A stretch of DNA of 64,000 bases, taken from the NCBI GenBank assembly GCA_030295235.1, contig AP026136.1, positions 806,001 through 870,000 on the forward strand, given 5' to 3'. Positions 1-10,194 of this stretch are shown one piece after another (within the stretch, counting starts at the first letter, position 1; every line of letters starts with the position of its first letter). The notes beneath the pieces were generated by a model. It was not told the DNA's origin, made no database searches, and saw nothing but the letters and a program-made list of their open reading frames with translations. Both the position numbers and the translations under genes were made by a program. The DNA is from Fistulifera solaris (taxonomy: Eukaryota).

Positions 1-162
1 TGCTTTACTCAATACCACTGTACTAAACGAAACCTCTCCGTCGGCCGCTTGTCCGCTTTTTCACCGTTTGTTTCTCGCATTCGAAGAACCCACGCAATTG
101 CTTGGTGTGAGAGTCAATTCATTTGCTAATTGAAATTCATTGAAACATCGTAACACATCAAC

Positions 163-679
163 ATGTCTGAGGAAGAAGTCGCTGCCGCCCCCGAGGTTGT
201 CGAAGAAGTCGAATTGAGCGTTTTGGATGCACTCAAGCAGGTAAGAAAGATATGATACAGTGACTCCCGACAGGGGGGATGACCTGCTATCGTTTACTCA
301 CGTACATCATTCCTTCATTAATTAGGTCCTTCAAAAGTCCATGATCCATGGTGGATTGAAGAAGGGTCTTCACGAGTGCGCCAAAGCCCTCGACCGTCGT
401 GCCGCCCGTCTCTGCTGCTTGGCCAAGGACTGCGAAAACGACGAGTACAAGAAGTTGATCAAGGCATTGTGTGCCGAGGGCGAGGTCCACGTTATCATGG
501 TTGAAAGTGGCAAAGACTTGGGCGCTTACTGCGGTCTTGCTAAACTCAACGAAGACGGCACTATCAAGAAGGCTGTACGAACGTCGTGCGCTGTTGTCAC
601 CGATTTCGGTGAAGAGACACGCGCCTTGAGCGTCCTTTTGGACTTCTTGCAAAAGCACGCCGACGGTGCTGAGATCTAA
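163..679 (+). CDS. RPS12: 40S ribosomal protein S12 (eS12); exons 163-240 and 326-679
   Basis: ATG at 163 (MSEEEVAAAPEVVEEVELSVLDALKQ). GT..AG intron 241-325. Exon 2 reads VLQKSMIHGGLKKGLHECAKALDRRAARLCCLAKDC...SCAVVTDFGEET, typical of eS12. Confidence 0.97.
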
Positions 680-818
680 AATGTAATGATAGATACACTA
701 CGTTTTATCTTTTCGTAGCAAGTTTCTTACTGAAACTCTTTCGCTTGGTATATCTCTGAATTCAATCTAAGGTTAGCATATGTACAAGTTTAGCAGCCAA
801 GGATTGATTTGTAATACG

Positions 819-3800
819 TTAGATTCCATCTTCACTAGTTCCGGTAATCGGGTAAGCTACAGCAGAATGTAGCGGGGGATCCGACGCGTGGAAAGGGCCT
901 GGCTGTGAAATCGAAATCGGCAATTCGTACCCGTTTCTTCGGAGCGACAACTGAACATAAGAAGACAAGGTTCCTGGCCGAGTTGGAATACCTACAAGGT
1001 CCAATTCCGCGTTTTCGGGGAGCGGCCCTTCCGTTCTGCCACTAATGATCCAGTCGCTTGCATCACTGGTAACTTTATAACATACTTCTTGTCCACTTAA
1101 TCCGGAAGCATCAACATTGCACTTGATGTGCACAGGGCGACCAACTGTACCTTGTATAGCCGAGGGCATTAAGTTGACTGAAACCGGTGGCATCTCAGCT
1201 AAGGGTAACGGCATCTTTGGACAAGCTTGGCGAAGTATATGGGATTCTTCGAAAGCTACTCCCTCCTCATTATCAAAGACCAGTACAACCGTAGCTTTCA
1301 CGGTATTCGGCACATCCCCAGTCACGCGACATTCAAAGTTCAGCATGATCGTTTCACCGCAGCATACATCTGTATTGGCCAAGGTTTCGTTTAAATCCGC
1401 AGTAAGTTTGAGATAAGCAGGTAACTCAATTTTCCATTTTCTGACCAAAAACGATTTTGGAGCATGACACTCGAAAGCAGCATGAAGCACGAGCCGGTCC
1501 GATCTGTACGGGATAACAGTAACCTCCTCTATGACAAAGCCAGTCTGACCGAGTGCTGGAACCGCTATATCCAGCTGTGCCTCGAACTCTTCACCTTGAT
1601 CACGGCAAAATCGTGTGTTTGTTTGTACCTTCAACACACCACCACCACCGTTATCGGCGCATTGCACCCTAATTGGAATGGAAACGATGCTATCCGCTGA
1701 TGTAGAATCCAGATCGATCTCCAGAGCGGATAGCAATGTATCATCGTCTTGTTTCCCAACGAAAATGCCCGGGGATCCCACAAGCTGAGATTTGCCTTGT
1801 ATGATGGTGTCCTTTCCGCTGTTGAATTTCAGTAACAAATTCTGTGTGTGCCCAGGAATCAGGTAATCTGGTGCAATCGTTAGCGTTTGTGAATGCTCGC
1901 AAGGAATTACATCCACGCGAATGGTGGGTTGTTTTCTTTTCTTCGGATTATAAGTAAATATGATATTGTTCCAACTCATTGAGATGGTCGAAAGAATAAA
2001 TTGCCCAGACCGATTCGGGACCCATTTGTACTGATACTCATTCCTCCCAGGCTTAACAGTGACGTCGCTCAGCTGCAGCTCGATAAACACTTCAGATTCT
2101 TTCACTTCGATGCTGTCTTCCATTGCCGCAACGTAAGATTGAAAAGGAACAAGCGAAATCGAAAGTGACCCGACTTTCACATCCTCTGGCAATTGACTCG
2201 TCACAATGATTTTAACAGTAACTGTATCGCCAATTGTGTAAACTCGTTTAAAGAGCTTGCGCTCAGTACCATTAGCAGCACTCAATTCAAATTCATCAAG
2301 CGATACGATCGTCTGGAAGAGTGGCGCGCCCGACAATATTGTTGTAGTGTCACATCCTGATATGACCGCAAGCAAATCTCTGAACACAACATCTTTGGCT
2401 TTAGGAGGTGCATGTGGGGCACCGAAACAGCAGACAAGGGTTTCGAGATATTTCGTGCCTGATTCGAACTGACGCTCTAATTGACAAAGGCGAAATAGTA
2501 AGAAAAAATAACAACTCTTCCATTCCTCGCATTCCTGAGCCACTTTAAACATTTCTTGTGCAGCAGTTCTTAAGCGATTCTGCTTGATGGCAATGTCGAT
2601 TGCTTCTAGGCGTAAGCAAGAAGCAAGGCGCTTCTTTCCTGAGGCTTCTTGATTTGCAGCTAATAACTTAGTCAGACTCATGTAAATCCACTCAAACCCT
2701 TCTTTAGTCGAAAGAGCATCCGCGACAACATTTGCATTGTTGCGCAAGCTCGCTTCTTCAGGATCTTCGCGAGAACTGTTGGTGGGTTCGCTCCATGGTG
2801 TCCATTCAACATTTGTCTTCAAATCGTCTGGAAAATCCTGTCCGCCAAGATTAGGAGTAACAGGAATCTCCATCAGTTTGCCCATTCTTAGCAACCTCAA
2901 GCGCGTGAAACCCATTAGTTCACAAAGCGTTGCCGAGAACGCCTGGTCCTCAAAGTTTGGATTTTCCGTGTATGAATACGTCGCCTCCTTCACGACCCAA
3001 CCGAATTCCAGACCCCATTTGTTGACTTCGATCAATCGATTAGTGTCATTTCCCGCCCGACCTTCTTGTACTTGCCACATCTTTCGGGCAAAACCTAAAC
3101 AGCGCTGCAGAACGGCATTCGCGTCTTTCATTGCGAACAAGTATTTTGTTTCTCGCACGAGGAAGTAATATTCCAATTCGTAGGCGACCTCAGTAACACT
3201 AGCCGCTGCACGAGCATATTGTCGAAAAGCAAGAGGATCGCCCTGTAGTGCAATTTGCAAAGAGGTATAGTTTATAGCCAATCCTCGTTTCGCACTCTGC
3301 TTGTCCCAATTCGGAAGCATGGCCCGCAACTCTTCATATTGCACCAGTGCATCCGCATATAATTGACACTGCTCATACGAAAAAGCCATGCTCTCTTTCA
3401 CCAAAAAATATTGGCGATGATCGGCAGATACTTTCTTCAACACCTCTTTATAGTTGCGACACTTGTCTTGTAAATTATCGACAATGGTGGCCCCGAGTGC
3501 CGAAAGAAAGCTTTCCCATTCCAGGAAAGGCGGTGTTTCATCTCTCGCAAACGAAGCCAACGCACACACTCGGGCACTGGGAAAATCGGCATGCATTTTG
3601 CGCAACAAATCTCGTTCGAGTTTGGTTTTGTGACGAATGGGTGAATCTGCTACAATGACATCCATTTCATCGTCCGAACTGTTGTTGCCACCACCACCGC
3701 CACCCAGTTCTTCGGCACTTCCGGCCGTCCCACTGATGCGGTGGCGTGCGGCCGCGACGCGACTGGCAAAGGCGGCGACGCGGGATTTTGCGCCGGACGA

Positions 3801-4430
3801 TGTGCTTTCACCGACCGAAGACGAATTGGATATGGTGCTGGCATCGTCCGAGATGGATTGATAATTGGGGACCACGACAATGAGGAAGTTCGGTAACGTT
3901 TCGTTGTTTTTAAATTCAGGATTGGCTTGTAATTGACTGACAAAGATTTGAATGGAAGGCTTGACTTTGAGCCGATAATGCTCGAGACTGTGACATTCCG
4001 CCAGGTAAACGTAAGTCATGGGATTCTGGTGCCATTCTGATGCATCTTCGGCTCGATCAACCATGAGAATACCCCCATGACTCACGGTCGGCTGCAGTGA
4101 AAATTCGGGGATGGTAATGGACTCTCCGGTACGGACGTTCTTGTACGGTATGTCTTTCAGTGTGTTTTTATATTCGCGCGACAAGATCTTGGTGATCTTT
4201 TGATAGAGCTCTAAATGGCGCGATGCATCGGCGGTTCGGGGTGATTGAATTCTTCCCGAAGCAGCAGAGGTCGGATCGAGAAAATGAACGGATATTTTTG
4301 ACCGGGGTACATCATTGTCAGTGTCCGTTGACTTGTCGTTGAGGTAAGCGAAGCCGCTACTCAAGTGTTCGAGAAATAAGTTTTCTTGATCAAAGTAGGT
4401 AGCCGACGCGGTAGGTGGATCTGCAGGCAT
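819..4430 (-). CDS. TRAPPC10: TRAPP II complex subunit TRAPPC10/Trs130-like, 1203 aa
   Basis: Long intact ORF. YFLVKESMAFSYEQCQLYADALVQYEEL matches the TRAPPC10/Trs130 motif. C-terminal beta-rich region with WIISGRTEG and LVGIPTRPG. Confidence 0.8.
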   Translation of the reverse strand: MPADPPTASATYFDQENLFLEHLSSGFAYLNDKSTDTDNDVPRSKISVHFLDPTSAASGRIQSPRTADASRHLELYQKITKILSREYKNTLKDIPYKNVRTGESITIPEFSLQPTVSHGGILMVDRAEDASEWHQNPMTYVYLAECHSLEHYRLKVKPSIQIFVSQLQANPEFKNNETLPNFLIVVVPNYQSISDDASTISNSSSVGESTSSGAKSRVAAFASRVAAARHRISGTAGSAEELGGGGGGNNSSDDEMDVIVADSPIRHKTKLERDLLRKMHADFPSARVCALASFARDETPPFLEWESFLSALGATIVDNLQDKCRNYKEVLKKVSADHRQYFLVKESMAFSYEQCQLYADALVQYEELRAMLPNWDKQSAKRGLAINYTSLQIALQGDPLAFRQYARAAASVTEVAYELEYYFLVRETKYLFAMKDANAVLQRCLGFARKMWQVQEGRAGNDTNRLIEVNKWGLEFGWVVKEATYSYTENPNFEDQAFSATLCELMGFTRLRLLRMGKLMEIPVTPNLGGQDFPDDLKTNVEWTPWSEPTNSSREDPEEASLRNNANVVADALSTKEGFEWIYMSLTKLLAANQEASGKKRLASCLRLEAIDIAIKQNRLRTAAQEMFKVAQECEEWKSCYFFLLFRLCQLERQFESGTKYLETLVCCFGAPHAPPKAKDVVFRDLLAVISGCDTTTILSGAPLFQTIVSLDEFELSAANGTERKLFKRVYTIGDTVTVKIIVTSQLPEDVKVGSLSISLVPFQSYVAAMEDSIEVKESEVFIELQLSDVTVKPGRNEYQYKWVPNRSGQFILSTISMSWNNIIFTYNPKKRKQPTIRVDVIPCEHSQTLTIAPDYLIPGHTQNLLLKFNSGKDTIIQGKSQLVGSPGIFVGKQDDDTLLSALEIDLDSTSADSIVSIPIRVQCADNGGGGVLKVQTNTRFCRDQGEEFEAQLDIAVPALGQTGFVIEEVTVIPYRSDRLVLHAAFECHAPKSFLVRKWKIELPAYLKLTADLNETLANTDVCCGETIMLNFECRVTGDVPNTVKATVVLVFDNEEGVAFEESHILRQACPKMPLPLAEMPPVSVNLMPSAIQGTVGRPVHIKCNVDASGLSGQEVCYKVTSDASDWIISGRTEGPLPENAELDLVGIPTRPGTLSSYVQLSLRRNGYELPISISQPGPFHASDPPLHSAVAYPITGTSEDGI

Positions 4431-4930
4431 ATTTGTGAGTCAGTTCTAAGTAATGAGACGAAAGACGATGAAAGGAAAAGCAAGAATCGTCCTTTCAAGC
4501 GTCAAAGTGTCGGCGTATCATGGTCGCAAGAAGTCGTCGGACGAAGGGTAGCAGTAGCAACATCATGTGGTGAGATGTCGCAGTGGGCTCTCGAGCTAGG
4601 TCTGTGCAAACAGCCACAACGATTACAAAAGAAAACATACCGTAGAAGACGAGCCGCTTAGAACTTGGAATGCGTACTCAATTCACAATTTTCATTATCT
4701 CGAACATCAACACCGCGATTGCAGAGGTTCAAGGGCTCAACGGAATCGAGCCGCGACTGCAATTCAAAAAATATTCGGGGCCAGATTGCTACGTAACATT
4801 CGCTCGTTCGCCTAACTTGGTAAGATAAAATTGTCTTTGACACAAGTCAACTTCCTTCAGCATGCCATACAAGCCTCGATGATTCATGATGTCGAAAAGC
4901 ATAGGATAGAGTTGACTTTGTTATGTACTA

Positions 4931-5130
4931 TAGACCCAAAGTGTTGTTCGTTTTTCACCACGACTGCATTTCAGTCATGAAGCATGAATCTTTTCAAGCC
5001 ATACATTACTTTTAAGCTCAGCTGGTTCTTCTAACTTTCTCACATACATTTCTCATTATCACAGTCCAACTTCATCAAAACATTTTCATTTTACCCCTCG
5101 AGTCATGATGTCGAAAAAGTCTTGGGTCTA
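4931..5130. mobile_element. ~200-bp non-autonomous MITE-like element with imperfect TIRs and an internal hairpin
   Basis: TAGACCCAA (4931-4939) and TTGGGTCTA (5122-5130) are inverted. Hairpin CACGACTG-cattt-CAGTCATG at 4959-4979. Related copies at 21488-21535 and 52501-52728. No clear target-site duplication. Confidence 0.5.
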
Positions 5131-5398
5131 AGGTCCTATTGGAATGCGTCCCTATAAAACAGTAACATGTCGCAGTGAGTTATTTATGTACGACTGCGCT
5201 GACAAAAGAAAAAACAAACACGATGATGAACGAGGAAAACAGAAATACCAGGTGAGGTCGAAACATTCAATACATTTTGTCTCCATTACCATCAGTCACT
5301 ATTACCCAGGAGGAAGCGCATTAGGAATCGAGGGTTTCACGTCGTCGATCGGCTACACATTCCAGTTTATTTTGAAAGCTCCGCACTATCAAACGACC

Positions 5399-6200
5399 AT
5401 GGCGGCGGACCATTCAGATACACGCGAAAAATCCAAAGAGTTAGAAACACTCTATGCTACTGTCCTCGTGTTCGGTGCACTGACAGCATTGATTTTTACA
5501 TTTTTCATACGACCCATGTTTCGTCATATTCCTGCCACTACTGCTACGAGCGAAGGGGCTACCAGCGCGACGACGACAACTCCACGCACCCCGACAAACA
5601 ACTCCTTCGGAACGATCGTTAGCCAACAGTTAATGGCTCGTCAACCCAGTCATGTCTCTTCCCTATTTCAAGGTGATCCTTCTTCGTTACTGAATACCGA
5701 AAGCTGGATGATTTCGTGGCAACATTGTCGTGTCTCGCAATTGACTCCCGACGAAGTAACTCGGAAGGAACGGGCCCGACTATTGTCACGGCTGTTACAC
5801 GACCATCCCCCCTCTCAAAGGGAGCACAGTGATTCTCGGGGTTCCTTCAAACGATATCGAATGTCTTTTGCTGAAACGGGCGGTTTATTTGTTGGCCACA
5901 TATTACAATTTAGTTCTTTTGGTAGCGACGGAACGCGAGGATCGTACAACATTGCTGTTGCGATTGCGAGGGGAAAACGTTGTGTCGGAAGATGTATTAC
6001 CGGATCATCGTGTAGTAAGGACAGGGAGTCCCTCGGGACGAGTGGCATTTTGTCGACAAGTACAACGTGTTGATTGGGTCTTGGATTTTGAGCAGGAAGT
6101 ACAAGATCAGTTAGTACGATTTGGTTATAAGGTTGTGTTGTATGGGACCGAACCAGCAGTAGAAGGTATCTCAAAGCTTGGACAAGTCCTACGATCATAA
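5399..6200 (+). CDS. Peroxin PEX22-like membrane protein (one frameshift at C6 run 5807-5812)
   Basis: N-terminal TM segment (LYATVLVFGALTALIFTFFI). After the frameshift, HRVVRTGSPSGRVAFCRQVQRVDWVLDFEQEVQDQLVRF resembles the plant-type PEX22 C-terminus (GRxSFVRQLEPDWHID...QLARF). Confidence 0.6.
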
Positions 6201-6466
6201 AATACTTGAAGATTGGAAGAGAATCGTTTAAAATGCTAAGTTAATCATGAAATACCGTTGCAGCTTTCATTCATATGTTCCTCGCAGGGTTAGATCAGTC
6301 TCAACTCCCACCATCATTTCCAACACGAAGAGAAAAGCAGCTAGCTGCCAGCTCAAAAGTAGAAAGCGACCTTTAACTATAATTTATTGAAGCTTATTAA
6401 TCTATCATAAAATGATAAAAGCCATGTCGTTCGTCAAAGATCAGAAAAGCGTGTTTCGAATACGGG

Positions 6467-7274
6467 TTACTCCTCTTTCGGCTCCTCTTTTTCTTCCGAA
6501 GTGGAAAGTCCAGCTAATGCTGCAGCGGCTTCATCGGCAACACCTTCTGCATCCTCGGCGTCTTTTCCTCCCAACAATTTTTCCATTTCACTCTGGCACT
6601 CGAGAAATTTGTCGCGAAACTCATTGGCTATGTCCGAGTCGCCAAAACGAATCGCGAAAATGGTTTCCTTGAGTTCTCCTTCCGCAAAATCAAAGGCAGA
6701 CCAAACCCACGATCGATCACTGCCTACATTGGGTTCCAATTTGATTTTGGGGTCTACTACATGGTTGGCGATCACCTTCATTGTCTTTTTCTTGACGCAT
6801 CAACAATCGGATTTTTTGATGCTCCCGATGTTTCAACAATCGTACTTCACCAATGCCTCGTTCGCGCCACGTCTTGTTGCCCGTTCCTTGGTCAAGCAAA
6901 GTCTCGCCGTAAATGAAGAGCTTGGATCGTTTCGTGTAAAGTACTTCCTATAATGATAGTCAGAACGAGAGTATTTGAGATGAGTCGGGGCGCCTCAACA
7001 TCAAATAAATATCACAACAAAAATGAACTTACCTCTTCTTCTTCACCTGATTTGACGTCTACTTCCTCTAGTTTTACCTGAAAATAAACAGAAATGATAC
7101 ACAAGAATGCAAAGTATTTAGGACAAAGGTATGCATTTCAATAAGATGGACAGGGAAAAGACTCACCACCGGTTCGAACGTTGCGGTACTCTCTTCCTCC
7201 TTGGCAGGGACATCATCACCTTCTTCCTCTTCACCTTCCGCAGGAGCTGTTTTTGGTTCGTCTTCTGCGCTCAT
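6467..7274 (-). CDS. RANBP1: Ran-binding protein 1; exons 7274-7167, 7077-7033, 6947-6467; +1 frameshift at T5 run 6786-6790
   Basis: FEPVVKLEEVDVKSGEEEE / EVLYTKRSKLFIY / WRERGIGEVRLLKH / MRQEKTMKVIANH / NVGSDRSWVW / FAIRF. Canonical GT-AG introns. Confidence 0.95.
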
Positions 7275-7635
7275 GATTGTTTTGTTGGCTGTTGTTGTTG
7301 TTGTTGTTTACGAAAAAGCTTATATCCACAGTGATGGGCGGGCTCGTTTTGTTTATGTGGCCCATCGTGATCGCCATGTGCCCGTGCGTGCCCTGCGTCC
7401 CGTCGAGGGTATTTTCGCTGGACGTGAAAACTCTACGGAACGTTCGTACGGCGTACGGTCAACCAGTCAGGAGAATCCGGAATTTAGAATGTAATTGTAA
7501 TTTTCTAAACAAATCAGTGCGAAAAAAACTCTCGTTCCGACACGGCCCATTTTGATTCCGCGCCACATTTTGGCATTCTTTGGCTTTTTTGGATTATTTT
7601 TACACACCAAAGAGGGGAGTTGATAATATCATACA

Positions 7636-8901
7636 ATGGAAGCATGGCCTGTACGAGGCATTGCGAATCCTAACGGAACGTCTTGTCACGTCGGTAGCGC
7701 TCTCCTACTCCTCAAATATTGCCTGGAGCCACTCGCGTCTCAAATTGTGGCCGACGCAGCCGCAAATGCTGTGAACGATGACGTTGTTCACGTCGTGGGG
7801 CAGTTTGTCCGGCATCACGATACGAATGTGAAGCTACTGTTCGATACGTTACGAAGTGCGGTAGAAATTGAAGCGAGAGATCTGGGCGATGTTATTACTA
7901 CCTTTATGAAATTGATCAATTATTTTTGTCAGCTCACCAAGGGAGACGACGACGACGAACACCGCGACACAAAATCCAACCTAGCATCGATTTGGAATCA
8001 ATGTTGCAACGCAGGAAAAGTCCATTCGGTACTGCTGGGAAACGTCAAAGGAGAGGACGGAGGCAATGCTGCAACTCATCGTAAGGAAACGAAACCCAGG
8101 TGTATGCCAGTTCCATTCCGAGTAAATGTGTCAAGTCGGAAACAACTTTCCCTCATCGATATGATCCGCGATACTCTTCAACCACAAGTGGTCAAGGATT
8201 ATGTGTGGGAAAATCAAAGCAACTCGTGTGTAGAAATACAGACATCCAGGACATTAGTTATCGACAATCTGCCTCCGGTGTGGCTTCTTCATATCGATTG
8301 GTTTGCACCATCACCCGACGGAGAAAATGATTTTGGCACACTGTGCGTACCATCGAAACTCATGACACATAGAATACTCGATACCAAGGATACCAGTAGT
8401 TACTATGAACTCATTGGCGGAGTATTGTTGTCTCAAGTACATGATGAGGAAATTACGGACGAACGCGATCGGCGACACTATATTCCACTCATTAGCAAAG
8501 ACAGCGTTTGGTATATGCTGGACGATGATGAAGAACCGCAAGAAGTGTCTGAAGAGCGCTGTCTCGAATTATTTGGCGGTGTCTCGCACGGTGAGGAATC
8601 GCCGTTTCGAGACAATGGCGAAACGGTCTCGGTTCGTGGATATTTGTTGGTATACCGTGACCCATCGCAATGTGAAAAACTGAGTTTCGTTCCCGATCAA
8701 GTCCAGAATCCGACCTGCATCGATTGGACCCTTCCTGTGACATTCGTGGGACGTCGATTGCGCGTCCAATGGGCCAAAGGAAAACGTTATGATGGTGTTG
8801 TCACCTCCTACAATGAGACGACGGGCAAACATCAGATTCGATATGACGATGGCGACGTCAAAGAGTACGTCCTTTGGAAAAAAACAATCGAATGGCTTTA
8901 A
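7636..8901 (+). CDS. Ubiquitin-specific protease (C19)-like protein with a C-terminal Tudor-like domain
   Basis: Cys-box-like GIANPNGTSCHVGSAL. His-box-like YELIGGVLL...HYIPLI...WYMLDDD. C-terminal VGRRLRVQWAKGKRYDGVVTSYNETTGKHQIRYDDGD. Confidence 0.7.
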   Translation: MEAWPVRGIANPNGTSCHVGSALLLLKYCLEPLASQIVADAAANAVNDDVVHVVGQFVRHHDTNVKLLFDTLRSAVEIEARDLGDVITTFMKLINYFCQLTKGDDDDEHRDTKSNLASIWNQCCNAGKVHSVLLGNVKGEDGGNAATHRKETKPRCMPVPFRVNVSSRKQLSLIDMIRDTLQPQVVKDYVWENQSNSCVEIQTSRTLVIDNLPPVWLLHIDWFAPSPDGENDFGTLCVPSKLMTHRILDTKDTSSYYELIGGVLLSQVHDEEITDERDRRHYIPLISKDSVWYMLDDDEEPQEVSEERCLELFGGVSHGEESPFRDNGETVSVRGYLLVYRDPSQCEKLSFVPDQVQNPTCIDWTLPVTFVGRRLRVQWAKGKRYDGVVTSYNETTGKHQIRYDDGDVKEYVLWKKTIEWL

Positions 8902-8937
8902 CAGTTGTTTGTTATATGAAATTAATGTTTACAGGGA

Positions 8938-9721
8938 TCATTCTTTCTGTGCAGGCTCGACGGGTAGTATTCCGGCACCCGTAATCTTCACGGCCACGGA
9001 TGGTCGTCCCGATGAACTTCCACAATCTTCAATCTTCTTGACGACATCCCACCCTTCTTGCACGCTACCAAATACGACGTGGCGTCCATCCAAATGCGGA
9101 GTACGAGCTGTGGTAATGAAGAATTGTGTAGTGTTGGTGTTGCGACCCGCGTTGGCCATGGACAAAACGCCCGGTCCTACGTGTTCCAGGATAAAATTTT
9201 CGTCGTCAAACCTCATATTGCTTGAAGTGGGCACAATTTGTCCACCTTGGATCATAAATCCCTTGTAATTTTGCGCTCCGTATCAGATATTACTCGCAAA
9301 TACTGACAACATACATACAATTTTTTTACAACGTACCGGAATAATCCGATGGAAAAGAGTTCCGGAATAACCCTGATGACAATATTTTTGAAAATTAGCC
9401 ACTGTTTTGGGAACAACATCACCATACAGTCCCAGAACGATGCGTCCCGCCGGCTGTTGATCAATCGAAACATCCAAATACGCTTGCGACGTGACTTGTG
9501 CGAGTGGGGCCACCGGTCCCGCATTCGTTTCCCTCATATCGCCACGACTTGTCATTCAAATAATTCCCTACTACAGCAAATGTGGTACCGACTGTAGCAA
9601 ACGTGGCTAATTTCCACAGCAACGAACTCGTTTTGGGGTTGGTGGAAGAAAAGGATCGCACGGCTTTCACGCCGCATGACGGTTTCATTCGTAAGTAGAT
9701 GGCTCGTGGCGTCCTTATCAT
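8938..9721 (-). CDS. Cyclophilin-type PPIase with a mitochondrial-type presequence; intron 9262-9336; frameshift near 9531
   Basis: GRIVLGLYGDVVPKTVANF, FHRIIP|GFMIQGG, DENF, LSMANAG, QFFITT, HLDGRHVVFG. The N-terminus is Arg/Ser-rich (VRSFSS). Confidence 0.88.
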
Positions 9722-10194
9722 GGTACCGTAGTTACAAGAAAAAGCTGTGGAATGTTCGATGATGATGACAGTTAAAGCTTGATACTACGAAGTATGGTAT
9801 TGTTTATGACGAGGGTACCACGGTACGAAAGAGATGTCATGTCATTACTACGTACTCCGTATTCATTACCAGGTAATGCACCTGAACTGGAACTGGAATG
9901 TGCGAGGTTCGAGATGCGACAGGGATTGGGATAATACCCCCTCATTTCTACGACTGAGCGGTTCATCAGTCCCGGAAAGGATGAAAAGCTCATTACCTCA
10001 AGACATTCTCCTCCACCAAACGTCAAAAAAATTGTTGTTTCTTTTCTTTAGTTTACGCCAAACGAGAAAACATCGGATGGCCATATTCTCTTCAAAGCAA
10101 TGAAATTAGAAGAACGACAATAGAAGCACAGTGAAACAGTCGAGTCTTAATAAGCGAAAAAAGAAAGAAAGCGAGAAAGGAGTGAAAAACAGCC

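Noticed and set aside
287..658. 123-aa minus-strand ORF, and the many other antisense or alternate-frame ORFs in the track
   Set aside because: They are shadows of real genes on the opposite strand or frame (here RPS12) and have no recognisable motifs.
5144..5398. 5' extension of the 309-aa ORF
   Set aside because: Promoter/UTR-like composition. The ATG at 5399 just before the TM helix is the better start.
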